The notes under the pieces: model-generated
Database searches by the model: none
What the model saw: the letters and a program-made list of their open reading frames with translations, nothing else
What the model was told of the DNA's origin: nothing
Translations under genes and position numbers: made by a program
Shown here: positions 62,801 to 64,000 of the stretch, one piece after another
How the letters are laid out: each line of letters opens with the position of its first letter
Numbering within the stretch: the first letter of the stretch is position 1
DNA from: Guillardia theta CCMP2712
Lineage: Eukaryota; Protista; Cryptophyta
Assembly (NCBI RefSeq): GCF_000315625.1
Contig: NW_005434660.1
Span: 1 to 64,000 of the forward strand
Direction: 5' to 3'
Length of the DNA stretch: 64,000 bases

Positions 62801-63810
62801 CTCTTCTCTCCTACTTCTCACTTCCTCGCCACTGCTGGTGTTCGCAGGCTCCCTCCAAGGAGATGACCCTCTAAGGACCAGAGCGATCAGAGCACTTCTC
62901 GATGCCGACATCAAGGTCAAGCTCATCCTTCCTCGTCCTCCTCCTCCTTGCTCTTTCTCTGCTCAATATATCTCTCCTTCCTCCTGCTACTGCCAGCTCT
63001 CTTGTTTCTATCGTACTCCCTCTATTCTCCATCGTCCTCCCTCACCACCTCTCCCTCATCTCGATCTCCATGTCCTCGGCTTTCTCTCTCCTTCTTCAAC
63101 TCTTGTCAGGTGAACATCTACGGGCCGGAGGAGCCGTGGGCGCGAGCAGGGTTCAGGACAGCAGGAGAAGTCTGGGCAGAGGACGCGGCAGCTGTTGACT
63201 CAGCAGCTCAGCTTGTCCTCTGCGTCTCCCGCTCGTCCTCCCCTCTCCTCTCCCTCTACAAGTCCGACAGACTCTTTCGCTCTGCCGGAGCTGGAGCATG
63301 CATCCTCTGTAATGATTTCAGAGGTCTTGACTTGGTCAGTCCCTCGCTCGTCGTTCTTCTCCCCTTCCCCTTTCCTTCCCCCCCTCAACTCACCCCCAGC
63401 TCTCTCTCTCTCCCTCCCTCCCTCCCTCCCTCACGCAAACTNNNNNNNNNNNNNNNNNNNNNNNNNNNNNNNNNNNNNNNNNNNNNNNNNNNNNNNNNNN
63501 NNNNNNNNNNNNNNNNNNNNNNNNNNNNNNNNNNNNNNNNNTTCCGCGTTTTTTCCCCCCCTACTTTGCGCGTCTTTCTTTCCCATTCAGCCTTTTCAAT
63601 TCTTTTTAAGTTCCCCCCCCCCCCCCCCCCCCTCTCTCTCCTTTCTCTCCCCCCAGGTCACTTGCTGCTGCAGCTCCTTCCTCCCGACTCGGTTGCCGTC
63701 CTGCCCATGAAGGGGGATGAAGTCGATCCGCACGCCCTCGTGGCCGCAGCCAAGGAGCTGCTGGCAAACAAGACGAGGAGGAGGATGAACAGAGTCCTTG
63801 TGCAAGGTGA
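59821..63810 (+). CDS. Multi-exon GT-B (GT4/CgeB-like) glycosyltransferase, probably two domains; may continue past the window
   Basis: Hydrophobic N-terminus; MEIVTDGHDGVLID; VVFVGSKHY; VNIYGPEEPW; YKSDRLFRSAGAGACILCNDF; LVAAAKELLANKTRRRM. Confidence 0.6.
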
Positions 63811-63835
63811 CAGATGCTGGAGATGACGAAGATGG

Positions 63836-63836
63836 A

Positions 63837-63901
<65 letters not shown>

Positions 63902-63990
63902 CGATGACGACGACGACGACGATGACGACGACGACGAAGACGACGACGATGAGGAGGAGGAGGAGGAAGAGGGGGGGGAGGAGGAGGAGA
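63836..63990. repeat. (GAT)n/(GAC)n/(GAG)n microsatellite
   Basis: Read directly. Confidence 0.95.
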
Positions 63991-64000
63991 TGACGTGGAT

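Noticed and set aside
1-64000. tRNA, rRNA or hammerhead ribozyme genes
   Set aside because: None recognised by eye; tRNAscan-SE or Infernal would be needed to exclude them.

Overview
Eukaryotic nuclear DNA with many short (~40-60 nt) introns, two N-gaps and TTTAGGG telomere-type repeats. These features and a GtR3-like rhodopsin point to a cryptophyte alga, probably Guillardia theta or a relative (inference). The first ~20.8 kb is a repeat-rich accessory block. It holds two copies of a predicted secreted Crinkler/RHS-type P-loop NTPase + REase gene, and a recent full-length Ty1/copia LTR element (2416-10388) nested in the RT of a related element. It also holds a GC-rich ORF block ending in telomeric repeats, decayed sequence, and a PIF/Harbinger transposon with TIRs and a TAA TSD. 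The copia element is unusual: it has no tRNA primer-binding site but a perfect palindrome and alternative hairpins, a Tudor-like segment after integrase, and an in-frame TGA before RT. The remaining ~43 kb is gene-dense: an RME-8/DNAJC13-like ARM protein, a microbial rhodopsin with a DTN motif and signal peptide, a Cys/His-repeat EF-hand protein, a Btk/CHORD-like zinc protein, a formiminotransferase, a long coiled-coil protein, a ~13 kb mosaic secreted protein and a multi-domain glycosyltransferase. Exon boundaries were inferred by eye and are approximate.
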